Source: an uncultured Pirellulaceae bacterium (GTDB lineage Bacteria > Planctomycetota > Planctomycetia > Pirellulales > Pirellulaceae). Taken from it: a stretch of DNA of 64,000 bases. The stretch covers positions 5,916 to 69,915 of the forward strand of contig CAYGUE010000006.1 of the NCBI GenBank assembly GCA_964352885.1. The letters are read 5' to 3'. Shown here piece after piece: positions 29,090-39,447 of the stretch (its first letter is position 1; each line of letters begins with the position of its first letter). The notes under the pieces were generated by a model. The model did no database searches and was not told the DNA's origin. It was given only the letters and a program-made list of their open reading frames with translations. The position numbers and the translations under genes are program-made.

Positions 29090-29682
29090 TCGTGGTCTCC
29101 AGCCTGATCGTCGCGGATCATCTGTTTCAGTCTCGATTCAACAAGCTTTAACTGTTCATCAAGTGCAGCTAGGCGTCCAGACTGGCCAAAATCCACTCGG
29201 CAATCACCTGGTTTTAGTTCATTGTCTGCCTGAACTTCGATTGTCGCATCGAGACTCTTGAACGACTCACTTTTGAGCAGCCAATTTTCGATTGCATCAC
29301 GATTGGTCGAATGCACAAATAATTTCGCAACGCTGCACTCGTCTGGATGATCAAGCACACGAGCGACATTTTGGCGTAGGCGTTGCTCAATGATATCTTC
29401 GGTTGAGCCCAGCAGCACACGCACAATTTCCACGGCGTAATTTCCGGCGGTAGTCTGAAGGGCCGCGTGTTGTGACGATAGTTCTGCGAACACGTTTTTC
29501 AACGCGGTTTCAATTGCTGTCGTTGTCAAAGTAAAATCTGGGACAGGTTGAGCGGGGGCTGAAGTCGTTGGTGCGCTAAGCGGTTCTGTGACGATCTCGA
29601 TGGGCATGCGTACGCGATCGATTTCGTCAGCAGTCCCTGCGGCGATCAAAAGAGAATCAAATTCGATGGTGAAGGTAGACAT
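29086..29682 (-). CDS. fliH: FliH-like protein (short, no Gly-repeat stalk)
   Basis: Between fliG and fliI; C-terminal DNELKPGDCRV motif; start moved to ATG 29682. Confidence 0.7.
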   Translation of the reverse strand: MSTFTIEFDSLLIAAGTADEIDRVRMPIEIVTEPLSAPTTSAPAQPVPDFTLTTTAIETALKNVFAELSSQHAALQTTAGNYAVEIVRVLLGSTEDIIEQRLRQNVARVLDHPDECSVAKLFVHSTNRDAIENWLLKSESFKSLDATIEVQADNELKPGDCRVDFGQSGRLAALDEQLKLVESRLKQMIRDDQAGDHE

Positions 29683-29683
29683 G

Positions 29684-30718
29684 CTATTCCAGTGATATTG
29701 ATCCGGACTCATCAAGCTCCATCAGCACGCGTACTACTTCGGCGCGTCCAACATCGATCTCCTCCTGTTTGACGTTTGTCTTGAATCCCATCTCCTCCTG
29801 GAATGACTCGCGAGCACGTTTTGACATGTTTCCAAGAATTTTGTCGACCAAAGACTCATCAACTCCCTGCAACGCCAGCACCAACGACTCCGTACTTGTC
29901 TGGCCAAGCACCTGCTGAAGATCCTTGTCATTCAACGTCGAGATATCATCAAACTGATACATCTGAGCTTTAACTTTGTTGCTTAATTCTTCATCCGTTC
30001 TTTCCAACTCCTCTAGCATCGGTATGCGGATACTCTTTGGCACTGATCGAATCAGCGTCACCATCTGTTCCGCAGCATCGGTAACGGGTTCCCTCTTTTC
30101 GACGCGCATGGCTTTTTGAACTGTCGTCTCCAGAATCATCTCCAGAATGACATCCGAAATGTTGGAAGGCTGCGCAAGCTGCAAGAAAACCGCTGGGCGT
30201 AGCGCGTCCGGCAAAAACTCCAGTGTCTTGGCGGCATGCTCTGTCGCTAGTTTCCGGATCACATGTGAGATTGTGATAGATGCTTCATCTCGAATTGCGT
30301 ACGCAACCTGATACGGATGAAGGCGAGTCAAATCCTGAAGGTGGTCGCCGGTCAATGCAATCGGCAGAAACCTTTTCACCGGTTCCAGTTCGACTTCGAA
30401 ATCTTCCTCAGCGATTTGCAAGGTAAGCGGGGGAGCCTTGGCTGCTTGCAAGGACGGAGTTGCAGCTTCATCTTCCCCGCCATTCTCTTCTATTTGCTTG
30501 CCAACTGTTTTCATCGCGAAGCGAAAGTACTTTACGAAATCGTCAACGACGAGTTCGACTTCGTCTTGCGTGGGTGGCTGCGATTCGAATTCCTCCATCG
30601 TTGCTTTAACCTGCTTTGACGTCGCAGCAGGCACACCCTCCAGCGCAGCGGAAGCGGCGTCTTTGCCCATCAGATTCAGGAGCACTGCCAGCATTTCTGA
30701 TTGTGGAAGATTGTTCAT
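29684..30718 (-). CDS. fliG: Motor switch protein FliG (divergent)
   Basis: AVLLNLMG, MYQFDDI, LVLALQG, torque helix MSKRARESFQEEM. Confidence 0.9.
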   Translation of the reverse strand: MNNLPQSEMLAVLLNLMGKDAASAALEGVPAATSKQVKATMEEFESQPPTQDEVELVVDDFVKYFRFAMKTVGKQIEENGGEDEAATPSLQAAKAPPLTLQIAEEDFEVELEPVKRFLPIALTGDHLQDLTRLHPYQVAYAIRDEASITISHVIRKLATEHAAKTLEFLPDALRPAVFLQLAQPSNISDVILEMILETTVQKAMRVEKREPVTDAAEQMVTLIRSVPKSIRIPMLEELERTDEELSNKVKAQMYQFDDISTLNDKDLQQVLGQTSTESLVLALQGVDESLVDKILGNMSKRARESFQEEMGFKTNVKQEEIDVGRAEVVRVLMELDESGSISLE

Positions 30719-30720
30719 GC

Positions 30721-32265
30721 TCAGGCCGCCCGTTGATCGTTTTGGTCATCCGACTGACCACCCGCGCCAGCCCAGCTCTGCACAATCTGTGCAAACAGTT
30801 CGGGATTGTTTTGCAGTAGCGAAGTCAACTGATTCACTGTTTCAGTGCGGCCGTCATCCAAACGAACCACATTTTCGCTGGTTGTTGGTGCCGGATTAAC
30901 TTTTCGAAGGACCATGAATCCAATGACAAATGCGACCAAGGCACCAATGGCCAACGACGCATTGCGAACAAGTTCGCTCCATTGACCCCAGTTGTACGGA
31001 GCCACATAAGTATCTTCGACGTCATCACCAGTTGGAAATGGGAAAAGCTCGACGGAGATCGTGTCGCTTGTGTCCTTATATCCGACTGCGTTTTCAACAA
31101 TCGCCTTCACTCTTTCATTGATCCCCGGCAGCAACGTGCCATCCTCTTGAGTCAGTGCTTCGGCATTGGAGTTAACCAGCACGCTAACGGTCATGAAGTT
31201 CTTAATTGGCGTCGTGTTGGATTCGATTTCTTCTGTCTTTGGAACAAGATATGTCGTCTTGATATTTTCCGTTTTACTTTCGATTGACTTCTCATTGCGT
31301 TGACCATTTGCCAGATTGGCATCAACGCCTGCGGCGGCGCCGCCGTTTGGTTTCGAATTCGTTGTCGTTTCCGATTCTAGGTTCTCTTCGTTTGGAACTT
31401 TCCCTTCGCCGTCGTATTTCGTAATCGTTTTGGATCCATTTGAGAATGTGAGGTCCAAACTGACCTGTACGCTTGCATTCCCGTGCCCGAGGAAATGCAC
31501 CAGTTGAGACTCTGCTTTTCGGGCGAGTTTCTTCTCGCTCTCGGTCGTGTACTCAATCTGGCTGTTGATATGCTGCATGCCCTGATCAGAAACGGTGTAG
31601 TTGCGACCGTTTTTGTCAGTAATCTGTACAGACTCCGGTTCGAGATCTTCCACCGCAAACGCAACAAGAGAAGCAATTGATGTAGCTTGTTGTTCGTTCA
31701 ACTGTGCGCCACGCGAAAGCGTCAGCAGCACACTTGCTGTCGGCAGCGATGTTTTTCTTTCAAACGGACCCTTGTCAGGAACGTTGAGATGCACGTCGGC
31801 ATGATCGACGGCATTCAGTTTTCGAATTGAATCGGCAAGTCGTTTCTGTTTTTTGAGCAAGTCGATGCGGCGTCGATCCTCCGGGCTTCCAAAGGCACCT
31901 GTCATTCCGAATGACCCTGATGATTCAGATTCGGCGACACCGGCGCCACGGGCCAGCATCCGGGCTTTCGAGAAATCGCTTTTGGAGACGCGAAGATTTC
32001 CGCCAGCTCCGGAAAGATCGTAACTGATATTCGCTTTGTCGAGCGCGTCGATGACGCGATCCATTTTGTCATGATCAACGTCGCTAACGAGCGTCACGTA
32101 TGTGGGCTGTGAAGACCAATAGCCAACCCCGATGATCGCCGCAATGCAAATCATTAGCAGTAGCGCAATGCCGACGCGGGCTGCGGGCGCAGCTTCGTTC
32201 CAGATTGCGATGGATGAATCAACAAATGTCTTAAAGGTGTTCAAGCTGTTCCCGTTGGCTGGCAT
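30721..32265 (-). CDS. fliF: MS-ring protein FliF
   Basis: Two TM segments, ADVHLNVP..F....PTASVLL, AVEDLEPESVQITD. Confidence 0.92.
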   Translation of the reverse strand: MPANGNSLNTFKTFVDSSIAIWNEAAPAARVGIALLLMICIAAIIGVGYWSSQPTYVTLVSDVDHDKMDRVIDALDKANISYDLSGAGGNLRVSKSDFSKARMLARGAGVAESESSGSFGMTGAFGSPEDRRRIDLLKKQKRLADSIRKLNAVDHADVHLNVPDKGPFERKTSLPTASVLLTLSRGAQLNEQQATSIASLVAFAVEDLEPESVQITDKNGRNYTVSDQGMQHINSQIEYTTESEKKLARKAESQLVHFLGHGNASVQVSLDLTFSNGSKTITKYDGEGKVPNEENLESETTTNSKPNGGAAAGVDANLANGQRNEKSIESKTENIKTTYLVPKTEEIESNTTPIKNFMTVSVLVNSNAEALTQEDGTLLPGINERVKAIVENAVGYKDTSDTISVELFPFPTGDDVEDTYVAPYNWGQWSELVRNASLAIGALVAFVIGFMVLRKVNPAPTTSENVVRLDDGRTETVNQLTSLLQNNPELFAQIVQSWAGAGGQSDDQNDQRAA

Positions 32266-32286
32266 TCCGTCATGAAGTCGTCATGA

Positions 32287-32598
32287 CTAGAACTGCATTC
32301 GCATCAATTCGTTGTAGGAGTCGATCAGATGATTTCGAATTTCCATGAAAAGCTGGAAGGACATTTCTGCCTTCGCAACCGCCATGACGACTTCCTGAAC
32401 ACTGTCCGTTTTTCCCTCGACCAGATCTTTGATCGCTTGATCCGAGTTCTTTTGATCAAGATTCGCACTCTCGAGGAAACCTTCAAACAGGTTCGGGCCG
32501 TTGGACTGTCTAACGGTTTCATTGCCACTTGGCTTAGCGCCGACGTGCTGAATTTGGCTGCTTTGCCCGATCCCGGAAGTGGGAGGAATTGAAGACAT
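32287..32598 (-). CDS. fliE: FliE
   Basis: EVVMAVAKAEMSFQLFMEIRNHLIDSYNELMRMQF. Confidence 0.95.
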   Translation of the reverse strand: MSSIPPTSGIGQSSQIQHVGAKPSGNETVRQSNGPNLFEGFLESANLDQKNSDQAIKDLVEGKTDSVQEVVMAVAKAEMSFQLFMEIRNHLIDSYNELMRMQF

Positions 32599-33032
32599 TA
32601 CCTACCTCCCTGTAGCAAACGGAGTGACTGTTCCACCATTTCCTTGAACAACGAAATGGATCGCAAGTTGGCTTCATAGGATCGACTGGCAGTGATCAAG
32701 TCGACCATCTCATTGGGAACTTTCACGTTTGACATCCGAAGCATGCCGTTTTCATCTGCATGCGGATGACCAGGGTTGTAAACGACAGGAAAATCCGTTT
32801 TGTCCGTTTCAATTCCAGTGACTTCAACGCCCGTCAGGTCACTTGCCAGAGTCCAACGCCCAGATTTTTCCATCTCGCTGGAAAAGACGACAGACTTTTT
32901 GCGATAAGGATCACCATTCTCAGTCCTGGTCGTATTGGCATTCGCGATATTGTTGGCCGTGGTTTCCATCCGCAAACGTTCAGCCGAGAGGCCTGACGCG
33001 CTGATGTCCATTGCTGAGAAAAGCCCCGACAT
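32598..33032 (-). CDS. flgC: Rod protein FlgC
   Basis: ISASGLSAERLRM..ANNIANANT, YNPGHPHAD, EMVDLITASRSYEAN. Confidence 0.96.
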   Translation of the reverse strand: MSGLFSAMDISASGLSAERLRMETTANNIANANTTRTENGDPYRKKSVVFSSEMEKSGRWTLASDLTGVEVTGIETDKTDFPVVYNPGHPHADENGMLRMSNVKVPNEMVDLITASRSYEANLRSISLFKEMVEQSLRLLQGGR

Positions 33033-33104
33033 TGTCGATCCAAGTTAAGTGAAGTTTATGACTGTTGAAAATGGTGTGTTGAATTGACCGCCAGCTCGCT
33101 GTCG

Positions 33105-33458
33105 TTAACCAGACATCGCTTTTCGCATAATCGCCATCTTGGCTGCCAGCAACTGGGAATAGGTTTGAAACATCAGTGAGTTCTTCTTCAAATCACCGAG
33201 TTCGTGATCGATATCTACATTGTTTCCATCAACGCGTTCCACGAGTCCATCAACCAATTTCACCGGAACCTGCTCGATGAAATCCCGGTTCGACTTGCCG
33301 CTCTGAACTTGCTTTAAATACTCATCAAACGACAGCTCACGCGTTTGATATCCGGGCGTGTTGACATTTGCGATGTTCTGGCTGACGACGCGATGGTTCT
33401 GCTCTGTGGTGCGAAGTGCGTTTCCGATCAAGTAATACTGAGAAGGTAATCCGGTCAT
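33105..33458 (-). CDS. flgB: Rod protein FlgB
   Basis: VVSQNIANVNTPGY, RVDGNNVDID; start moved to ATG 33458. Confidence 0.93.
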   Translation of the reverse strand: MTGLPSQYYLIGNALRTTEQNHRVVSQNIANVNTPGYQTRELSFDEYLKQVQSGKSNRDFIEQVPVKLVDGLVERVDGNNVDIDHELGDLKKNSLMFQTYSQLLAAKMAIMRKAMSG

Positions 33459-33736
33459 GCCAGATATATCGGTGCGTCCCGTTTGCCCTCTTGAGCAAGG
33501 ATCTTTGAGAACGATCCGATTGCACGATGACTGTTGAATATCCGGGGAAAGCGAGCGATGGGGTTTTCCCTTTCTGCCGGCAATTGGCCACGTCAAGGAA
33601 GGAAAACAGGATAGACGCTTGGAGCTGAAACCTACCTTCTCTGGTCACTGTTTACTTCCACGTAGCTTCGAAGCGATGAACTTTTAGTCGTTGCTTTGGA
33701 CGCGCCGCTTTCAATACAACAACCCGTTTGGATCAA

Positions 33737-34513
33737 ATGGATATTGCAACAATCATTGGCCTGATTCTCGGATTTGGCCTTATTCTCGCTTCGATCGCGA
33801 TGGGTGGCTCAGGACTGGAACCGTTTATCGATGCACCTTCAATGATGATCGTTTTCGGTGGTTCAATTGCAGCGTCACTGATTAACTTTCCGTTGAAGAA
33901 CGTATTGGGTTCCTTCGGCGTGGTCATGAAATGTTTCCTGCTGAAGATTCCAGAACCAAAAACCATGATCAAGGAATTCAAGGAACTGGCACAATTGGCA
34001 CGCAAGGATGGCTTGTTGGCGTTGGAGCAGAAAACGGGCGATATTGAAGACGACTTTATGAAGCGCGGCATTGAATCGCTGATTGGCGGAACGCCAGTCG
34101 ATCAACTTAGAGATACACTGGAAACCGAGCTGTCATGCATTGATGATCGGCACGCAATGGGCAAGAAGTTCGTGGATGCGATGGGTGCAGCTGCTCCGGC
34201 TTTCGGGATGATTGGAACCCTGATCGGCTTGGTGCAAATGCTTCAGTCACTGGACGATCCAAGCAAGATTGGTGGTGGTATGGCCGTCGCTCTTTTGACG
34301 ACGCTCTATGGAGCTGTTGTTGCGAACGTAATTTGTATTCCACTATCCGGAAAGCTAGAAGCGCGTGCGAAGGAAGAAACTGCGGTTCGAGAACTGATCA
34401 TCACCGGCATTATTGCCATCGGAGGAGGAGCAACGCCACGTGCCGTTGAAGAACAACTGGCCACGTTTATCGCTCCCAAGAGCCGTGCCGAAGTCGCAAC
34501 TGAGGCAGCATAA
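33737..34513 (+). CDS. motA: Stator A subunit, PomA/MotP-like
   Basis: ARKDGLLALE; APAFGMIGTLIGLVQML..DDP..IG.GMAVALLTTLYG. Confidence 0.95.
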   Translation: MDIATIIGLILGFGLILASIAMGGSGLEPFIDAPSMMIVFGGSIAASLINFPLKNVLGSFGVVMKCFLLKIPEPKTMIKEFKELAQLARKDGLLALEQKTGDIEDDFMKRGIESLIGGTPVDQLRDTLETELSCIDDRHAMGKKFVDAMGAAAPAFGMIGTLIGLVQMLQSLDDPSKIGGGMAVALLTTLYGAVVANVICIPLSGKLEARAKEETAVRELIITGIIAIGGGATPRAVEEQLATFIAPKSRAEVATEAA

Positions 34514-35160
34514 TGGCCAAGGAAAAACCTCCTGAGCCACCAGCAGAAGACATTCCTGCGTGGTTCATGACGTACAGCGACGTGATCACGCTGCTGATGA
34601 CGTTCTTTATTCTGTTGCTTACGTTCTCGACCACCGAGCCTGAGAAATTCGACAAGGTTCAATCAAGCGCCTTCGGTAGTTCAGGTGCGACGGGCATGGT
34701 TGGCCATATTCACGAAAGAATGGACAACCGATCTTGGGTGGAACGCGTTCGTCCTCGAGCAGCACGAATCGCGATGACTGGTGCCGAGATGCCGCCGATG
34801 ACAGATTCACCGTCCAAGGCTTCCGGCAGAGGACTCGAATCCGTCACAGATGAAGAAGCTCAGAAAGACGTCATGACGACCAATTCGTTCAATTTGGAGT
34901 TCACCCAACTGGTCAATGAAAACGGTAATGTTACACCACGGGGAACTGCACTTGCATCACTGCTGGCCCAACAGCTTCGATCACTGCCCGTCCATTGTTC
35001 CATTCAGTTTGCCAATCAGGAGTTCGCCGATCGCGCGGCCGGATTCTTGCTGCATCTTTATGATGATCATGGTGTCCGTCCGGGCCAAGTTGGAATCGGA
35101 TGGAGCGATAGCCTCGAAACTAATTTGGTTGCGTTTGATATTGAAAGATTCGAACGGTAA
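34513..35160 (+). CDS. motB: Stator B subunit 1 (degenerate OmpA-like C-terminus)
   Basis: PAWFMTYSDVITLLMTFFILLLTFS TM with the conserved Asp; translationally coupled to motA. Confidence 0.85.
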   Translation: MAKEKPPEPPAEDIPAWFMTYSDVITLLMTFFILLLTFSTTEPEKFDKVQSSAFGSSGATGMVGHIHERMDNRSWVERVRPRAARIAMTGAEMPPMTDSPSKASGRGLESVTDEEAQKDVMTTNSFNLEFTQLVNENGNVTPRGTALASLLAQQLRSLPVHCSIQFANQEFADRAAGFLLHLYDDHGVRPGQVGIGWSDSLETNLVAFDIERFER

Positions 35161-35162
35161 GC

Positions 35163-35900
35163 ATGGCTAAAAAGCAAAAACCAATTGATGCTGGTCCGAG
35201 TAAGGCTTACCTCGTATCTTTCGGAGATACGATGACGGCCCTGTTGGCATTCTTCATCGTATTGAATTCGTTGGCGAAAGACCAAACGGGTGCCAACATG
35301 TATGCCGGAACGGGTTCCTTCGTAAATTCGTTTTCCAAGTCAGGCATGCCGGGCGGAAAGCCGGGCAACCGATCGATGGACATGATCCAGCGAACCGAAC
35401 AGGCTCCGATTTACGCACTGGGGAAGAATCTTGACAAGCATGTACCAGAAGAATCGGCCGGCCCTGATGACTCAGATCGATTTGATCGCGTCAAGGACAG
35501 GGAAAAGGAAGAGTTTCAGAAGTTCCTGCATCGTATCGAAGAGAATTTCGGGCTGGAAACCAAGCAGCCCACATCCAACCAGGTTGTCTTCGATTCCTTT
35601 CAGCCGTTTAACCGAGACACTGGCAAGTTGAGCCAGCACGCAATTCAACTGGCCGCTGAAATGATGCCCCAACTCCGGAAGAACAAGGCCAAGCTGGAAG
35701 TCATCATTTGGGCCAAGATGCCCAGTAAAAGCGAAATCGAAAGAAAACTATCGAAAAGTTTCAATTTGAAATCGGAAATCGAAGAGCTTTTCTGGATCAA
35801 GCCAACGATGAAATCGAAAATACGATACATCGTGAAACCATGGTTGTTTACCGACGCAAAGCGTCCAGTGATTTCATTTGTTATGTCAGAAACGGAATAG
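35163..35900 (+). CDS. Stator B subunit 2 (degenerate C-terminus)
   Basis: AYLVSFGDTMTALLAFFIVLNSLA TM with the conserved Asp; starts 2 bp after the first motB. Confidence 0.8.
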   Translation: MAKKQKPIDAGPSKAYLVSFGDTMTALLAFFIVLNSLAKDQTGANMYAGTGSFVNSFSKSGMPGGKPGNRSMDMIQRTEQAPIYALGKNLDKHVPEESAGPDDSDRFDRVKDREKEEFQKFLHRIEENFGLETKQPTSNQVVFDSFQPFNRDTGKLSQHAIQLAAEMMPQLRKNKAKLEVIIWAKMPSKSEIERKLSKSFNLKSEIEELFWIKPTMKSKIRYIVKPWLFTDAKRPVISFVMSETE

Positions 35901-35942
35901 CAAAAAAATTCGCATCGATCAATTGGCGCTTACTCAGAAACG

Positions 35943-37400
35943 CTATCGAAGAAAATCAAGCAGACCTAACGATGAAATCCTTGCCGTCACAGAATAAGTA
36001 TACTGCAGCAGCGCTTGAGAATTCTCTAGTCGCAGAACAGCCTCCGGGATATCGGTTGCCTGGACATCAATAAGTTGCGATTCTACAGATAGTTCAAGGT
36101 CTTCGATTCGATACTCCAGACGCTCGATAGTCGCCAGCGATGTCGACTGTTCGCCGAGTGCCGAAAATGCGTGATTGCTCATTGCATCCAGCTCTCCAAG
36201 TCGACGATTGAGCGAACCGGCTATGTCGGTATTACTCAGGCCGCGTTCATTTCGAAGATCAGTGGCGAGATCGAAAAGTAACTGGAACGCATTTGACGTC
36301 CCCGGAAATTCCAGATCGTTAGATCCGACGGATTTCACGTCCGTTGAGTCAAGAACGGCAAACCGCCCAGAGGCTGAATCGGTGACGACCTGGTCATTCG
36401 AGAAATCGATCGGTGTCTTACTGGCCCCACCGTCCACGCTCAGACTGCCAGATGCTCTCACATCAATGACGCCACTAAAGCCTGCTGAAATCGAAGTCGC
36501 ATCGATAAAGATCACTTCGCCGAAACCGCCTTCAATTTGCAAATTGGTGTCGGTATTCGTGTAAGCAACTTCAGGACCTCCGTTGAGTGAAATAGTACCG
36601 GCCGACCCGTCGCCCGATGTGTCGACGATTGATACGGAGTGGGTCCCAATGTCGCCGATGATTGAATCCAGTAACCCCGAATCAGTTCCCGGTTGCAAAC
36701 CGGATACGCCAAGAAATTCAGTTGTGTCGTGTGTGATTTGCAGTTCAGCTTTGCCCACCATCGTGTCGGTGCCCGGGCCGGACTGAATGCCAGTATTGCC
36801 AAATACGATCGTATCCGCACGGTCCTTGAGTGAGAATATCTCTGCGCCTGAATAGTATGTGTCAACCGACACCGCTTCACCAACGTAGGCACGACTGTTT
36901 TTGGCCGAACCGTTGTAGGTGACGGATAGCGTGCCACCATTGAATGTTGGATCTGCAAATTCAAAAGGTACCTGGTCAGATTTTGTTCCGCTGAATATGA
37001 ATGCCCCGTCAAACTTGGATTGGGAAATGTCTTTTAGCTGAGTCAGCAAGCCGTCAACTTCGAGTGCCAACGCTTCCCGTTCGCTGCTGTCGAGAGCTTG
37101 AATACCCTGCTGCGTCAGCGATTTGGCACGCGTCAGGATGTTCCCGAACTCCTGGATTTGCACAACACTGGAACTTAAGATGGACTTCGCATTACTAAGT
37201 GATTGCTTGTCCGCCGCCAGTTCTGTCAATCGGGACGTCAAACTGGTGACCTGCCGAAACGCAATCGGATCGTCCGAGGCCTTTTGTAGCCTCACCCCGG
37301 AAGAAATTTGCTCTTGGTATTTCAGAATGGCTGAACTGTGTTTTGCCTGAAACTGAATGGCCCGGGAACCAATAGCGAACGACGTCACTCGATAATTCAT
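35943..37400 (-). CDS. flgL: Hook-filament junction protein FlgL
   Basis: QEQISSGVRLQKASDDP, FIFSGTK, D..EAVLRL...SLGLLDFLR. Confidence 0.93.
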   Translation of the reverse strand: MNYRVTSFAIGSRAIQFQAKHSSAILKYQEQISSGVRLQKASDDPIAFRQVTSLTSRLTELAADKQSLSNAKSILSSSVVQIQEFGNILTRAKSLTQQGIQALDSSEREALALEVDGLLTQLKDISQSKFDGAFIFSGTKSDQVPFEFADPTFNGGTLSVTYNGSAKNSRAYVGEAVSVDTYYSGAEIFSLKDRADTIVFGNTGIQSGPGTDTMVGKAELQITHDTTEFLGVSGLQPGTDSGLLDSIIGDIGTHSVSIVDTSGDGSAGTISLNGGPEVAYTNTDTNLQIEGGFGEVIFIDATSISAGFSGVIDVRASGSLSVDGGASKTPIDFSNDQVVTDSASGRFAVLDSTDVKSVGSNDLEFPGTSNAFQLLFDLATDLRNERGLSNTDIAGSLNRRLGELDAMSNHAFSALGEQSTSLATIERLEYRIEDLELSVESQLIDVQATDIPEAVLRLENSQALLQYTYSVTARISSLGLLDFLR

Positions 37401-37472
37401 TTAGATGCTCTGGGAAAAACACGATCTACGAACGACCCGCTTTGATGCCGCGGCGTTTGCAAATTTCAATCG

Positions 37473-39446
37473 CTAACGTAGTGCGGCGAACAGCTCGTCA
37501 AACATCGCCTCGGCTGTCTGGATGACTCGCACAGATGCTTCATACTGTTTTTGAAACTGTTGCAAGTGAACTAACTCCTCATTCAGGTCGACGCCCGAAA
37601 CGGAATCTCGTTCCTGCTCATATCTAACCTGCAAGCTGGTGAGGCTGGAGCTGAGTCGGGTGTTGTTCCTGACGCGAATACCAATCGTAGTCGTCACTTC
37701 ATTCAAGTATTCGCCGAACGACTTCGTGTTGCCAGACATGCCCCGTGTCTGTTGCAAATCGATCATGAAAAACAGATTTGTTGTGTCGGCTGAGTCAGGC
37801 GTCATCCCGGAAGCGAATTTTCCACTGTCTTCAAGAATCTTTTCATTGACTGCGATTGAATCCGCGTCTTGCCCAACAAAGAAACTGTTTAGCCCAACCG
37901 AGGAAAGGAATCCTGTTTCGTCGGCGTTCGATACCAGAGGACTTTCAAATGACTCGGCATCGATGACGGTGCCAGGTGGAAACGAAATATTGACACCTTC
38001 AAACACTTCCAGCTCCGTGCCAGCTTCGTATCCTTCGCCAATATCCAGTCTGGCGATCTGAGTTCCCTGCTCGTTGAAAACATTGACCAACAGGTCGCCA
38101 GAAACTCCAACGTCACCGGAACCGGAAATCTCATACGTCAGCGACTGGCTAACATCGCCAAGATATCGACCAGAGAATGTCGGCACAGACGATCCCGTTA
38201 AGTTATCCTGCGCCGGGCTCGTTTCGAGATTGCCAGAAAAGTCAAACTGGTAGCCCGGTGTGGCAATGATTTGAAACCGATTCGTTTGCGGGTTGACGGA
38301 AGCGTGCAGATCATCGATGGCTGAGATCGCAGTTGCAATGTCCTCGAGAGATTGCGTTTCAGGATCAATAGAAATTGCCTCAGTGCGTCTGATGCCATCC
38401 GCATCGATTACTGAAATGAAAAGCTCACCCGCTTCGATTGGGAATGGAGCTCCCGATTCGCTGAGTGGGACTGTCGAATCTTCAACACCTCGCGTTCCAT
38501 CCAACAGCGAGAAAGATCCGCTTGGCCCAACTCCGGTTGCATGAATTTGATCAAATTGCTGGATCAGTCCAGCAGCAAGCTCATTGAGTTTATCTGTAAA
38601 TTCTGGAATGACCGTATTGTAAGCATCCAACAACGAAGCCAGTCGACCGCCCTCAAGGGTGCTTGGTTTGTCCGCATCACCGATGGCCACCGAGAGTTCA
38701 CCTTCTTCCGTCGTGATCGCACGGAATAGCGTTGGGTTAATGCCTTGTTGAACGAAAGAGTCTCCAAACGACAGCGAAGTTCCAGCGGCAAAGTGTTCAC
38801 TACGTGAGACACCGACGACCGTCGCGATCTCGTTTATCAACCGATCCAACTGGTCAAGCTCATGGTTGGGAGTTGCGTTTGCAGTTGCGTTAAGCGACGT
38901 AATATGAGTCGTCAAATCGCTCAGTACCGTCATTTTTTCGTTGAGCGTGTCCACTTCCTGTTCCACTTGGTAGCGAATGGCCGACCGAAATTCATTGAGC
39001 TGACCAGAGATCTGATGAAAAAGTTGCGTTAGTTGATCAGCCTGCTCAACGACTGCTCCCCGTTGGGTTGGTTCGCCGGGTGTTGATGTGAGTTTGGTTA
39101 GTTCCGCGAAGAATACATCCAATCGCTCCGTGAGCGATCCTTCGCCCGATTGAAACAACGACTCGATTTGACGCTCGACATCGAGTGCCTGGTCGACGCG
39201 GCTTACATCTGAAATCGCGCTCGTTAAGGAGGATTCAGTGACTTGATTGCGGATGCGCTCGATGTGATTGATCGAAACTCCAGCACCAATTTGAAATTGC
39301 CCAAAGCGGTTCGGAAGCCTCGATTCGAGATGTATATTACGGCGATGGAATCCTTCGGTGTCAGCGTTGGCAATGTTGTTGGAAACCACTTCCATCGCGT
39401 ATTGACTTGCTCGAAGCCCAGAAAGGCCGATTGAGAAATTTGACAT
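37473..39446 (-). CDS. flgK: Hook-associated protein FlgK
   Basis: GLSGLRASQ..VSNNIANADTEGF, SVSGVDLNEE..QQFQKQYEA. Confidence 0.95.
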   Translation of the reverse strand: MSNFSIGLSGLRASQYAMEVVSNNIANADTEGFHRRNIHLESRLPNRFGQFQIGAGVSINHIERIRNQVTESSLTSAISDVSRVDQALDVERQIESLFQSGEGSLTERLDVFFAELTKLTSTPGEPTQRGAVVEQADQLTQLFHQISGQLNEFRSAIRYQVEQEVDTLNEKMTVLSDLTTHITSLNATANATPNHELDQLDRLINEIATVVGVSRSEHFAAGTSLSFGDSFVQQGINPTLFRAITTEEGELSVAIGDADKPSTLEGGRLASLLDAYNTVIPEFTDKLNELAAGLIQQFDQIHATGVGPSGSFSLLDGTRGVEDSTVPLSESGAPFPIEAGELFISVIDADGIRRTEAISIDPETQSLEDIATAISAIDDLHASVNPQTNRFQIIATPGYQFDFSGNLETSPAQDNLTGSSVPTFSGRYLGDVSQSLTYEISGSGDVGVSGDLLVNVFNEQGTQIARLDIGEGYEAGTELEVFEGVNISFPPGTVIDAESFESPLVSNADETGFLSSVGLNSFFVGQDADSIAVNEKILEDSGKFASGMTPDSADTTNLFFMIDLQQTRGMSGNTKSFGEYLNEVTTTIGIRVRNNTRLSSSLTSLQVRYEQERDSVSGVDLNEELVHLQQFQKQYEASVRVIQTAEAMFDELFAALR

Positions 39447-39447
39447 T

